From NCBI GenBank assembly GCA_048569615.1, contig JBLIRK010000004.1, positions 4,159-68,158 on the forward strand: a DNA stretch of 64,000 bases, given 5' to 3'. The stretch is from Thermoplasmatota archaeon. GTDB taxonomy: Archaea > Thermoplasmatota > Penumbrarchaeia > Penumbrarchaeales > Penumbrarchaeaceae. Each line of letters opens with the position of its first letter. Position 1 is the stretch's first letter. The translations under genes and the position numbers were made by a program. The notes beneath the pieces were generated by a model. It was not told the DNA's origin, ran no database searches, and was given only the letters and a program-made list of their open reading frames with translations. Below are positions 9,398 through 19,496 of the stretch, in pieces.

Positions 9398-10681
9398 CTA
9401 TCCCTTGACGGGTTTGAACCGAGAATTATCCTTGAGCGGCATGGTCGCATCCAGGCCGAGTTTTGAGGTAGTTTTCGATACCGGGTCCTGTGAGGGATCA
9501 AGGGTCGACCCTCTGGCCCCCTCGACAACGATCATGTTCCTATCCGCCTGGAACCTTGTTGCCAACGCCCATTCCACTTCATCGTCATTGAAGATGTCAA
9601 TATCCCGGTCCACGATAATGACCCTCTTCATGGATGGGTGTCCGGAAAACGCCGCCATCACGGCATTCTTCGAATCCCCCTCCTTCTGCTTGGTTATCGA
9701 TACTATTCCGTGGAGCCAGCAGCAGCCGCCTTCGGTCAATCTGACTCCATGGACCTTCGGCACCACCTGTTTGACGGACCTCTCTATTGCAGGCTCCTTC
9801 GGAATGCCCATCATCAGATAGTGCTCCAGGCCTCCGGGGAGAAGCACATGCATTATAGGTTCCTCCCTCACAAGCACTCTGTCGACCTCGAAAACCGGCT
9901 CTCCCGGTTCCATTCCTGAACGGTCGTAGGTCGAGGTGATGTCCACAAAGGGTCCCTCCGGTGCGGTCTCGTCTATGAAATGCCCGTGGAGGACAACTTC
10001 CGTTCCAACCGGAGAGCCCGGGCCATCATGATCGTCCACTGGTGAGAACAATTTCAAAGGCTCCCCCTGCGCCATCCTGTGAAGCGTTGATGCCACCTCC
10101 ATCTCGTCGCTCCCGTAGGGCAGGGAGATCGAACCTCCCAGGAGGGCCATGGGATCAGAGCCTATGGATACAACAGCCTCCAGGTCCTGGCCCTCCGCCC
10201 TTGCGCTTCTGAGCATGGACATAAGATGCCTGGGAACCACCCTGACCGCGAACCTGGTGCCGCCCATGTGCATCATTCTGTGGAATGATACGTTGAAGGC
10301 TCCGTCCCATCCTGCATGGAATATGCCTGATGAAACATATGGCCCTCCGTCTCCTGCGAAATATGTGGGTATCGGAAGGTCCTGAACGCGGACCTCCAGA
10401 TAATTCTCGGGCCTATCGGTCCTCGGGGCAGGCTGCGGATCGGAGACTGCCGCCAGAACCCTTGTTGATATGGAAGGCACATCGCAGCCCAATGCCGAGG
10501 CCAGAGCAAGGCGTGTGGAAAGCAGGTTGCCAGAGAGCCTGAAGCCGTTATATCCTTTGGCGGGAGCTATCCAGGGAACTCTCTGGTCCCTCCGGGATAT
10601 CTTCGAGGCTTCCAGATAAGGATCAACATCCCCGTCGATCTCGATATGCTCCCTGCCAAGGAGCAGTTCTCGGAGTTCCAT
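9398..10681 (-). CDS. UbiD-family prFMN decarboxylase (probable anhydromevalonate phosphate decarboxylase)
   Basis: DGGPY, SFHR, EGPFVDITSTYD, GGCCWLH, VDRDIDIF, VEWALATRFQ, GSTLDPS, KLGLDAT. Confidence 0.85.
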   Translation of the reverse strand: MELRELLLGREHIEIDGDVDPYLEASKISRRDQRVPWIAPAKGYNGFRLSGNLLSTRLALASALGCDVPSISTRVLAAVSDPQPAPRTDRPENYLEVRVQDLPIPTYFAGDGGPYVSSGIFHAGWDGAFNVSFHRMMHMGGTRFAVRVVPRHLMSMLRSARAEGQDLEAVVSIGSDPMALLGGSISLPYGSDEMEVASTLHRMAQGEPLKLFSPVDDHDGPGSPVGTEVVLHGHFIDETAPEGPFVDITSTYDRSGMEPGEPVFEVDRVLVREEPIMHVLLPGGLEHYLMMGIPKEPAIERSVKQVVPKVHGVRLTEGGCCWLHGIVSITKQKEGDSKNAVMAAFSGHPSMKRVIIVDRDIDIFNDDEVEWALATRFQADRNMIVVEGARGSTLDPSQDPVSKTTSKLGLDATMPLKDNSRFKPVKG

Positions 10682-10833
10682 AATATCACCTTGAATGGGG
10701 CATACAAATTTGCAGGTATTAATGATATGGTATGAATTGAAAGGCCGCCAGCCCTTCTTCCCAGCAGCACTGGGGGTAAAATTCTGACAAGGTCCAACTA
10801 GAAAGGTATATATTTTTTAATCCTGTACGTGCG

Positions 10834-11247
10834 GTGATACCCATGGTCCAGAGAACGCGCCTTTTAGAATGTCCGAACTGCCACAAGCAGCTTGAAGACA
10901 CGAAACAGACAACCATTACCTGTAAATTTTGCGGCTTCTCCTTCAGGAGGGAGGAGGTTGCCCAGGAGGATGAGGATTACATCCGCAGAAAGATGATAGT
11001 GGAGCTCAGAACGGACATGGAGATCTTCAAGGCCAGGAAGAAGATGTCCATAATCTTCATGCTGATAAGCTTCGCATTCGCCATTCCGGTGCTTATGAGC
11101 GATCCCTTCGAGATCCTCCAGATCATAATGCTGCTCGTGTTCATAGTTGGGGGTTTCGCGTTCTTCCTGCTCATGATCCTCTGGGACCGGAGGTATGAAT
11201 CATCCAGAAGCCAGGCGAGCGATATCTCCATGAGGAGGAAGCTGTAG
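10834..11247 (+). CDS. Zn-ribbon protein with two C-terminal TM helices
   Basis: CPNC...CKFC, then two hydrophobic segments. Confidence 0.75.
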   Translation: MIPMVQRTRLLECPNCHKQLEDTKQTTITCKFCGFSFRREEVAQEDEDYIRRKMIVELRTDMEIFKARKKMSIIFMLISFAFAIPVLMSDPFEILQIIMLLVFIVGGFAFFLLMILWDRRYESSRSQASDISMRRKL

Positions 11248-11260
11248 GGAGGTTATTGAG

Positions 11261-14200
11261 ATGAGAACGAGTATCAAATTCCTTTTTACCCTGTCCATAT
11301 TGTTCGCAATGATCTTGACAGGACTTCCCCTGTTTCCGGATGGTCCGGTCCAGACAGAAGCTGCCCCAACAAGGCTTGCCGGTGAGGACCTTGATATTGA
11401 GGATGAAAAGGTCGTTATCGACAGGGTCTCCCAGGAATATGAGATAATACGGATCAGAAGCAACGCCACACTGGAGATAAGGGGAGCGGTTCTGAAGGCA
11501 AAGAAGATAATCTGCAGTGAGAACACCGTCAACTCGACCCTGATAATGCAGGAAGTAAGCGGGGTTCAGGCCCTGCTCTCGATCACAGAGGGAATCGTCA
11601 ACGTCAAGGCCACAAAGATTGAGCTTCGGGGTGCGAAGATATCCGTTCTGAACGGTTCGACGATCATTCCTCCGGGAGACACCGGAAAACCATCCGAGCT
11701 TGCGCTCACCTCCAGACAGTATGATCTCGTCATCAACAATACGGAGCTCGTGGCCAGGGGGAACGATGGAGGTGACGGCGATCAGAAAAAGTTCGGCGGA
11801 CCGGGAGGAGCCAGCTATATCTTCCTTGGTACAGCCGGTGGAAAGAAGGTCGACATTTCGGGAACGAGAATCCAGGGCCAGGGAGGTCAGGGGGGTGATT
11901 CCTATACCGCCGGGATCAATGCAGGTATCGGAGGTGACGCAAACCTCAGGATCGACGGTGAGAATGTCAATATAAGGAACAGCGTCATAACCCTTTTAGG
12001 CGGAGGAGGAGGCAGTCATGGAGCAACCTCCGTCGGAGGCGAAGGAGGCCAGACCGAGATCAGGGTGGAGAGCAACAGGGACCTTCTTATCCATTCCACG
12101 GACATGGACCCTACGGATGGAGTGGATACTACACTCCAGCAGACCTACGCATCAAGGGTCATCCTCAGGTCCAAGTCCGGACGTGTCCTCTGGGACCATC
12201 AGAAGACCGATGATGAAAAGATGGAGACCCTCTCTCATGTGGACTCCGACGTGTTCCAGATCGACGGAGCAAGTGGCGCTGAGCTGCACCAGGTCGATAC
12301 CGGAGATGAACCGCCGGACACCCTTGGCACTTCTGTCCTAAAGTTGTACTGGTGGGCCAAGATACTGGTCCAGGATTCAGTTAACAACGATCCCATGGAG
12401 GGAGCCAAGATCCAATGGACCATCGAACCGGAACCTGAAAGACTTCCCAAGGACGTGGATCTATTCACGGATGAGGAGGGGAGACTGAACATCGAAGTGG
12501 TTGCAAGGCAGAACCTTGATTGGCACAGATACACCTTCTGGGCCGTAATAACAGGCGGGGCAACCGGAAACTCTGACCAGTTCAGGTTCGACAAGAACTC
12601 CAATCTGGACATACCCATAAAGATAACCAGGATCTTCCTGGATGTGAAAAAGCCCGCCCAGAACGAGATCGTGGGTGGAAACAACTACCGTATCTACGGA
12701 ACGGCCCAACCGGGAAATCCCCTGAATGAGATGCAGAACATCAACCTTTACATCGACGGCAACATCATAGGCAATGCCACGGATATAAGCAGCGTACAAT
12801 CTCAGCCCTACTCGCAGTGGGAGATATTCTGGGACACGACAACGGTTCCGGACGGCCTCCATGTGCTGAGCGCCGTTGCCTTCGACAGCGCCTACCAGGT
12901 CAAGCTGGATAAGGTTATAGATGTTGAGCAAACCTCTGTAAATCACAGGCCGGAGCTCCACAGCCTGATTGTTCTGGATACCGAGGGAGAGAAGGAGGCA
13001 TTGCCGGAGGAGAAGATCGAGCTCCATGTCGATCAGGACAATCCGGTACTGACCTTCAAGGTGGATGCATACGATCGGGACGTTCTATCGGAGTATCTCC
13101 AGATCGGTGAGGGAAAGAAGATAATAAAGGCCACCATGGATATAATCTACACCTCGACCGGGGCGGTCATATACAATGACAAGGTGGTCCTGGAGGATGA
13201 TATCGAGAAATCGAATCTCTCGGGAGGTTTCGAGTTCTCCTTCCAGATAAATACCGAGACCAAACCCGGAACGGATGATCCATATGACGAGGGCGAGTAT
13301 CGGCTGGAGTTCTACATCGAGGACGACGGAGGATTGATGTCCCTTGGCAATGTGGATAATTACGTATTGTTCGAACTGAAATTCGACTTCTATCCATTCA
13401 TAGAGCTATACATCGAACCGGGGGCCCATTCCAACAAGGAGATCCGGTCGGGTGCTGATCCCGAGGCCATCGAGGAATCCTTCAAGGTCTCATCCCGTAT
13501 GGGTGATGAAAATGATGCCCCGGGTTCACATACATACAAGGCCGTGTTCAACCTCTCGGACTGCTCCGACAGGGATGATCCCCTCTGGTCCGACGATCCC
13601 TCTCTGGACAGGTCCTGGTCGAACCTCCGTTACACCGTGATAATCATCGATGATCAGAAGGGAGACCGCAATGAGGTATTAAACGGCGTGAAGGCCTCCG
13701 GTTTCACCCATACGTTCGATCTCAGAGGGAATCCTAAGAACGAGGATGTCCTTTTCACTGTAATAATCCAGGCCGTGGACCAGGAGGATCTGCAGTCCGA
13801 GATGAGGTGGAAGGTGAGGATAAATTATGTTCCCCCCGAGGAGCCATACGTGATCCCGGTGGTGGGCATCATACCCTATGGCGACCTATTCTATGGTTTC
13901 TTCGTTCTATTCGTTATAATCCTTCTCGGTTACGTCGTAGCCCTGGGCATTGTCCAGAGGCAGAACAAGACCGAAAGAGGCAAGAAGATGACCATGCTGG
14001 AAAAGAGGAAGAAGGAGGAGGAAGCTAAGAAGGGCTCCTCCGCCATAGAGGAGGAGTTCCACATGGGCAGGAAGGATTCCAGGGCATACCTGGAAGCCAC
14101 CGGTGCCGGGAAGGGTAAGGAGGAGTTCGCGAAGGAGCTGGAAGCAGCCCAGAAGAAGGAAGAGCTTCCCGCTCCGGAGAAGAAGGAGCTGCCCCCCGCC

Positions 14201-14587
14201 CAGACGCCTCCGACCACTGCCCAACCCCCTCAGCAGGCTCCTCCGGCTCCCCCTCAGCAGCAGGGATCGGTGCCCAGGCAGGCGGCCCCCCCTACCCCGG
14301 TTCAGCCTCCTCAGCAGGCTCCTCCATCACCGCCGGCATCTCATCCCTCTCCCGCTCCGGCCCAGAGGCCGCCCGTTCAGCAGCAGGCCGCTCCGAGGCC
14401 CCCGGTTCAATTGCCCCAGAGGCCGCCCGTTCAGCAGCAGGCCGCTCCCCAGGGAGCACCCGCGGCCCCTGCACCGCAAATAAGACCTCAGGCGCCTCAA
14501 CAGGCACAACCGAGACCGCCTGCAGCAGCTCCCCCTCCGGCTCCTCCCGCCCAAAGACCTCCGGTCAGACCTCCGCAGCAGCAGTGA
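11261..14587 (+). CDS. Large secreted membrane-anchored protein (Gly-rich beta-helix-like and Ig-like domains; Pro/Gln-rich cytoplasmic tail)
   Basis: GGAGG RBS, signal peptide, GxGG repeats, Ig-like WDTTTVPDGLHVLSAVAFD, a TM near aa 880 and a P/Q tail. Confidence 0.85.
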   Translation: MRTSIKFLFTLSILFAMILTGLPLFPDGPVQTEAAPTRLAGEDLDIEDEKVVIDRVSQEYEIIRIRSNATLEIRGAVLKAKKIICSENTVNSTLIMQEVSGVQALLSITEGIVNVKATKIELRGAKISVLNGSTIIPPGDTGKPSELALTSRQYDLVINNTELVARGNDGGDGDQKKFGGPGGASYIFLGTAGGKKVDISGTRIQGQGGQGGDSYTAGINAGIGGDANLRIDGENVNIRNSVITLLGGGGGSHGATSVGGEGGQTEIRVESNRDLLIHSTDMDPTDGVDTTLQQTYASRVILRSKSGRVLWDHQKTDDEKMETLSHVDSDVFQIDGASGAELHQVDTGDEPPDTLGTSVLKLYWWAKILVQDSVNNDPMEGAKIQWTIEPEPERLPKDVDLFTDEEGRLNIEVVARQNLDWHRYTFWAVITGGATGNSDQFRFDKNSNLDIPIKITRIFLDVKKPAQNEIVGGNNYRIYGTAQPGNPLNEMQNINLYIDGNIIGNATDISSVQSQPYSQWEIFWDTTTVPDGLHVLSAVAFDSAYQVKLDKVIDVEQTSVNHRPELHSLIVLDTEGEKEALPEEKIELHVDQDNPVLTFKVDAYDRDVLSEYLQIGEGKKIIKATMDIIYTSTGAVIYNDKVVLEDDIEKSNLSGGFEFSFQINTETKPGTDDPYDEGEYRLEFYIEDDGGLMSLGNVDNYVLFELKFDFYPFIELYIEPGAHSNKEIRSGADPEAIEESFKVSSRMGDENDAPGSHTYKAVFNLSDCSDRDDPLWSDDPSLDRSWSNLRYTVIIIDDQKGDRNEVLNGVKASGFTHTFDLRGNPKNEDVLFTVIIQAVDQEDLQSEMRWKVRINYVPPEEPYVIPVVGIIPYGDLFYGFFVLFVIILLGYVVALGIVQRQNKTERGKKMTMLEKRKKEEEAKKGSSAIEEEFHMGRKDSRAYLEATGAGKGKEEFAKELEAAQKKEELPAPEKKELPPAQTPPTTAQPPQQAPPAPPQQQGSVPRQAAPPTPVQPPQQAPPSPPASHPSPAPAQRPPVQQQAAPRPPVQLPQRPPVQQQAAPQGAPAAPAPQIRPQAPQQAQPRPPAAAPPPAPPAQRPPVRPPQQQ
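14361..14448 (+). repeat. 34-bp direct repeat in Pro/Gln tail (QRPPVQQQAAP x2)
   Basis: cccagaggccgcccgttcagcagcaggccgctcc at 14361-14394 and 14415-14448. Confidence 0.9.
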
Positions 14588-14706
14588 ACCGGTCAACTCC
14601 GACCCTGACAATGGGGATAATGATTTAATAATCGTTAGAAGGTTCCAATATTGTTCATTCGACTGCACAATACAGCTCTCCGCTGGGATAAGGAAGGGGT
14701 GGTAGT

Positions 14707-17700
14707 CTGAAAAAAAATGCATGCAGGTTAATAATAAATCCAGTCTTACTGATTTCATTTATCGTTCTGGTGCTTCCGCTCTATGTGAACGAGCCCCTTC
14801 TTGCTCCGGCCGTCGGACATGCTGTTGCAGGAATTGGCGGACCTTCGAGGAGCAGTCAGACATTCCATTCACCCACCGGAGGAAAATGGGTCTATGATTT
14901 CTCGGAGCCGGATCCGGCCTCGACAAGATCACAGAACCTCACCTATCGGGGAGGGCTTGCAGTATTGAAGGAGAGGTTTCTTCTGGATGATTTCACGGGA
15001 GGGACGGTAGGTCAGATGCCCTCCGGTTGGACCGAGGACGATCCTTCAGAGGGAGATTTTGTATTGGACAGTTCGGTGTATAGAACTGCCGCGAACAGCG
15101 CCCACTATTCCACAGCGAGCGGAGGAGGAGGGTACGCGGTTTCACGAACGATGACATCGGTGGGTTCATCGGATAACCTCGAGGTCCGCTTCTCGATATG
15201 GATAGTCGATATCAAGGAGGTTACGACAAATAACGGATTGGTATGCAGACTTCACTATTCAGGCCTGACCGACGGTGCGGAATTGAGGTTCCATGACAAT
15301 GGAACAGTTTCCCTTTACGGTTGGGACGGTTCGGGAAACAGGGAATTCTTCTCCGATCCTTCCATGCAGACATCGACCTGGTACGAGATAACCCTTGAGG
15401 TCAACATGTCGTCGCAGACCGTTGACCTCATAATTGACGGCCAGAGTGAGATATCCGGGGCCCCCTTGAGGTCCCAATCCGGAGGCGGGGTTCTCTTCAT
15501 GAACTCCATATCCTTCATTTCCGGCCCCAGCGGTGATGGTGCGGAGTTCCATATCGACGATATCTTTGCCACGAAGAATACCATAGACAGTGGAAGGTAT
15601 ACCTCCCCCACGATTTCAAAGACCGGGGAGATGGAATGGCAGTACCTTCAGGTCTATCCGGGAAGCAACGAGGATCTGCTCTCACTGTCGCTGATAGATA
15701 TCAGCTCCGGCTCTCCTTTTGCCAATTACGACAGAATAACCGTCCCGTCAAATGGAAGGATATCCCTTGCATCCCTCTCCAACTCGATCTCCAATTTCAA
15801 GATAGACGTTCGTTTCGTCAGGGAAGGTTCCCGCAGACCTTCTTTGGACCTGGTGGGGGCGAGCTGGCAGCTGACCGGACATTTCTTCGATCCCCTTTTT
15901 CCGGGAACGGGTCTGTTGAGGCAGAACCTTGAACACGTGACGGACGGGTTGATACTCGAGGAGAGCTCCCCTGGGAACTACAAGACCTCGGGAAAGGTGA
16001 TCACACATTCCATCGACATAGGCTCAGGAAGGGTTTGGGGTGTCATTACAATGGATTTCCAGATTCCGGACGGTACAAACCTGTCGATGGAGATCGTGGA
16101 CACCCAGGATGAGACAAGGATACCTGGGATACCGGTGTCCTACAACGGGGCCCTTGACCTTTTCGAGAACGATCTTCCCTTGGATGAGGATTTCCGCATA
16201 AAGATCACTTTCATAAGCGATGGTCTTTCCACTCCGAACGTCAGATGGATATCTCTTTCAAAGCCGCCCAACACCGCTCCCGTGGTCCATGACCTCTCTA
16301 CGAACAGATCAAGCATCTACAGGATGCAGAGCACAACCCTGAGGATAGTATTCGGAGATGGCACTGATAAATGGACGGACCTTGAGGTCGATGCCGAATA
16401 TCAGAGGCCAGGCGGGGGGCCGTGGTCTGGAGATATGATAACCGGACCCGAATTCGACGGAACGGATGCGGTATTCCGGTTTACCGTTCCGGCAACTGCG
16501 GAAATCGGGACCTACAAGCTGAGGGCGGTGGTAACTGATAGGTCCGGTATTGCCACCTATTCCGATCCAAGGGACCTTGAGGTAATGAACAACCTGGTGA
16601 CCATGCCTCTGATCGAGCTGACACCGGACAAGGTTTTCACGGATACGATAATCAGGGCCTCGCTCATTCTGGATTCCTCCGATCCCGAGGGGGATACCGT
16701 GCTCTACCGGTTCTACTGGTACATCAATGGTGAACTTAACGTTCCTGAAGACTGGGATGATCCTTTGACGGAGTGGGTACCGGAGAACACAACTTCGAAA
16801 TCCTCCACACTTGCACCTTCGTTCACGAAGAAGGGCGATAACATCTCCTGCAAGGTTATAGCTACCGATCAGATTGATGACTGCCCCCCTGCATGGGCTT
16901 GGGCAGTGGTGAACAACAGCCCTCCTTCCGGACCCGAGTATCCTCTGAATTTCGTTGAGGAGGAGGACACCGTTATTACAATTGACCTCCTGGGCAACTT
17001 CTCCGACAAGGACGAGGATGATCTGGTCTTTTCATGGACTAATGATCACACTATCTCCATTGAGGAGATTGGACACGGTATGGTGAACGTCACACCAATG
17101 GCAGACCTCAATGGCGAAGTGCGGTTCAACATATCAGCCTCGGATGGTGGATCCTCGATAGGGTCCGAGGTCACCATCAACTACATCCCGGTGAACGATC
17201 CGCCATATATTGAGGTGGTTTCGAATATCAGTGTCAAGCAGGGCCAATCCAAATCCATGGAAGTGATTTGGGGAGATGCCGAAAGCGGTCCGGAGGCGGA
17301 GCTTGAAGTCATCCTGCCGAAAACATGGGGGAGCGACGGGATCCTCCTTTTCGACCGCCCCAACTCTACTTTATACCTAGAGGCTGAGAACGGCAACGTG
17401 GGCTCCCATATCATAAGTTTGACCGCCAGAGACAAGCAGGGATTGGAGGCCAATGCCATTATCCTCATCACGGTTGAGAACATCAACGATCCGCTCGAAG
17501 CGGCCGTGATCCTGTGGCCTTTGCCCGGAGACCGGTTCGAGGAGGATACCGAGGTCACATTCCAAGGGAATGGTATCGATCCCGACACCATCCATGGTCA
17601 GGAGCTTGTCTGCAAATGGTTCATAGTGACCGAGGAGATCGGGACGGGAAAGGAGATAACCCACATCTTCGAGGAGCCGGGGACCTATACTATCACACTT

Positions 17701-18267
17701 GAGGTTTCGGAAGGGTCCAGTTCGAAATCGACCTCTGTGGAGATCACCATCACCAAGAAGGGCGGAGGAGGAGGGGGGCCGGACGGCGACGGAGGAAAGG
17801 ATGATGAAAATGCTCTGATGCCGCTGTTCATAGGAGCTGCCGCGGCTTTTGTCATCTTGGTCTTGGGTCTCGTTCTGATATTATTATACATAAGAGGCAG
17901 AAAGAAGAAGGAAGAGGCCGAGAAGGTTTCGGAGGAGGAACAGGAGAGCTCTCCGGAAACCGCCCCTGAAGTTGTCGAGGGGCAGAAGATCATCAAAAAA
18001 CCGGAAAGAGAACCTCCGTCAGAGGTCAAAGCTCCGTCCCCGATGCCCGCGGAACCCCGGATCAGGGAAACCGCAGCAGCCGAGATCCAGATGCCTCCCG
18101 AGGGAGACATACTGCTCCCGGATGACATCCCACCGGAGCCGACAATCCCCGAGGTGAGCATACCCCAGGTTGAGGAACAGCCCGTTCCGGAAACAGTCCA
18201 GGAAGAAGAAGAGGAGGAGGATTCCGGAATGGAGTATTATTCTCCAACCCATAGAGGAAAGGGCTGA
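14707..18267 (+). CDS. Large surface protein with Ig/cadherin-like and PKD domains, C-terminal TM and acidic tail
   Basis: NTAP/NSPP/VNDPP domain starts, PKD motif HIFEEPGTYTITLEV, a TM and an E/P-rich tail. Start is uncertain: CTG 14707 or GTG 14770. Confidence 0.82.
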   Translation: MKKNACRLIINPVLLISFIVLVLPLYVNEPLLAPAVGHAVAGIGGPSRSSQTFHSPTGGKWVYDFSEPDPASTRSQNLTYRGGLAVLKERFLLDDFTGGTVGQMPSGWTEDDPSEGDFVLDSSVYRTAANSAHYSTASGGGGYAVSRTMTSVGSSDNLEVRFSIWIVDIKEVTTNNGLVCRLHYSGLTDGAELRFHDNGTVSLYGWDGSGNREFFSDPSMQTSTWYEITLEVNMSSQTVDLIIDGQSEISGAPLRSQSGGGVLFMNSISFISGPSGDGAEFHIDDIFATKNTIDSGRYTSPTISKTGEMEWQYLQVYPGSNEDLLSLSLIDISSGSPFANYDRITVPSNGRISLASLSNSISNFKIDVRFVREGSRRPSLDLVGASWQLTGHFFDPLFPGTGLLRQNLEHVTDGLILEESSPGNYKTSGKVITHSIDIGSGRVWGVITMDFQIPDGTNLSMEIVDTQDETRIPGIPVSYNGALDLFENDLPLDEDFRIKITFISDGLSTPNVRWISLSKPPNTAPVVHDLSTNRSSIYRMQSTTLRIVFGDGTDKWTDLEVDAEYQRPGGGPWSGDMITGPEFDGTDAVFRFTVPATAEIGTYKLRAVVTDRSGIATYSDPRDLEVMNNLVTMPLIELTPDKVFTDTIIRASLILDSSDPEGDTVLYRFYWYINGELNVPEDWDDPLTEWVPENTTSKSSTLAPSFTKKGDNISCKVIATDQIDDCPPAWAWAVVNNSPPSGPEYPLNFVEEEDTVITIDLLGNFSDKDEDDLVFSWTNDHTISIEEIGHGMVNVTPMADLNGEVRFNISASDGGSSIGSEVTINYIPVNDPPYIEVVSNISVKQGQSKSMEVIWGDAESGPEAELEVILPKTWGSDGILLFDRPNSTLYLEAENGNVGSHIISLTARDKQGLEANAIILITVENINDPLEAAVILWPLPGDRFEEDTEVTFQGNGIDPDTIHGQELVCKWFIVTEEIGTGKEITHIFEEPGTYTITLEVSEGSSSKSTSVEITITKKGGGGGGPDGDGGKDDENALMPLFIGAAAAFVILVLGLVLILLYIRGRKKKEEAEKVSEEEQESSPETAPEVVEGQKIIKKPEREPPSEVKAPSPMPAEPRIRETAAAEIQMPPEGDILLPDDIPPEPTIPEVSIPQVEEQPVPETVQEEEEEEDSGMEYYSPTHRGKG

Positions 18268-18351
18268 AACCAATCTCCAGATGGGCAACATTTAATTAGA
18301 AAACGGGAATAGGCAGAATCGGGGGAACCGGACCTGGTTGAAAGCCTGCCT

Positions 18352-19455
18352 TTGCTTTCGGTAATAATACCGACATACAATGAAAAGGAGAACATGTCGG
18401 TCATCATCCCGAAATTGTACAAGGTTCTGAAGAAGAAGGATGTTCCCTTCGAGATCCTGGTGATGGACGATGACTCTCCCGACGGGACATGCGGTGAAGT
18501 CAAGCGTCTGTCCAAGAAGTATCCGGAAGCCGGGTGCATACTTCGAAAGGAGGATCGGGGTCTCTCACCTGCCGTGATGGAGGGTTTCAGGAAGGCTAAG
18601 GGGGATATCCATCTTGTGATGGATGCCGATCTCTCGCATCCCGTTGAGGCAGTTCCCGAACTTTACTTCGCCATAGCCAGAAGAGGGGCGGACATATCCG
18701 TTGGCTCCAGGCATGCGAAGGGAGGAGGCATCGAGAAATGGCCCCTCAAGAGGAAGATAATCTCTTCCGGGGCGGCCCTGCTTGCCAGGCCGCTCACAAG
18801 CTGCTCGGACCCCATGTCCGGCTTCTTCGCACTCCGGCCGGAAGTAATCAAGGATGCACCTCTAAGGGCAAAGGGGTACAAGATCCTGCTCGAGATCCTG
18901 GTCAAGGGCCGTTATCAAAAGGTCGAGGAGGTTCCCATAGTCTTCAGGGACAGGGAGCTGGGCCAGTCCAAGCTTGGAAGCAAGGTCATATTCAACTATC
19001 TCCAGCATCTGATGAAACTTTATATCCATCCGGGTTCAGCGCCGTTCTTCAAATTCCTTTTCGTCGGCGGAACCGGGATGCTTGTGGATCTCGGAATGGT
19101 CTCTCTGCTCCTTCTGCTGCTAGGGGACAATACTTTCGACCTTTTCTCCTATGAATCGATAAGGTTCTTCTATCTGTTCCAGGCGGTCTCCTTCATTTAT
19201 GCGGTAACCTGGAACTTCATATGGAACAAGTACTGGACCTTTGATGCTGGAAGAGGGCGCAGTTCGACCCAGTACAGACGTTTCTTCCTCGTTGCCGTAT
19301 TTGCCTTCGTTGTCAGGTCAGCTCTTCTTTACGGTGCAGTGGACCTTATGGGCTTCGACCACCAGCCTCTGTATCAGATCGCCCTTGTCACCGTAATTGT
19401 GATCGTAACGGTGATTAACTATCTCGGGTCCAAGCTGTGGGCCTTTAAAAAATAG
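18352..19455 (+). CDS. Polyprenol-phosphate mannosyltransferase (GT2, DPM1-like) fused to GtrA flippase-like domain
   Basis: IIPTYNEKEN, DDDSPDGT, MDADLSHP, DPMSGFF; C-terminal KFLFVGGTG...NFIWNKYWTF. Confidence 0.88.
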   Translation: MLSVIIPTYNEKENMSVIIPKLYKVLKKKDVPFEILVMDDDSPDGTCGEVKRLSKKYPEAGCILRKEDRGLSPAVMEGFRKAKGDIHLVMDADLSHPVEAVPELYFAIARRGADISVGSRHAKGGGIEKWPLKRKIISSGAALLARPLTSCSDPMSGFFALRPEVIKDAPLRAKGYKILLEILVKGRYQKVEEVPIVFRDRELGQSKLGSKVIFNYLQHLMKLYIHPGSAPFFKFLFVGGTGMLVDLGMVSLLLLLLGDNTFDLFSYESIRFFYLFQAVSFIYAVTWNFIWNKYWTFDAGRGRSSTQYRRFFLVAVFAFVVRSALLYGAVDLMGFDHQPLYQIALVTVIVIVTVINYLGSKLWAFKK

Positions 19456-19496
19456 GCTCAGAGGCCGCAAGGTTAAAAATCAATAAGGCTCCTTTT

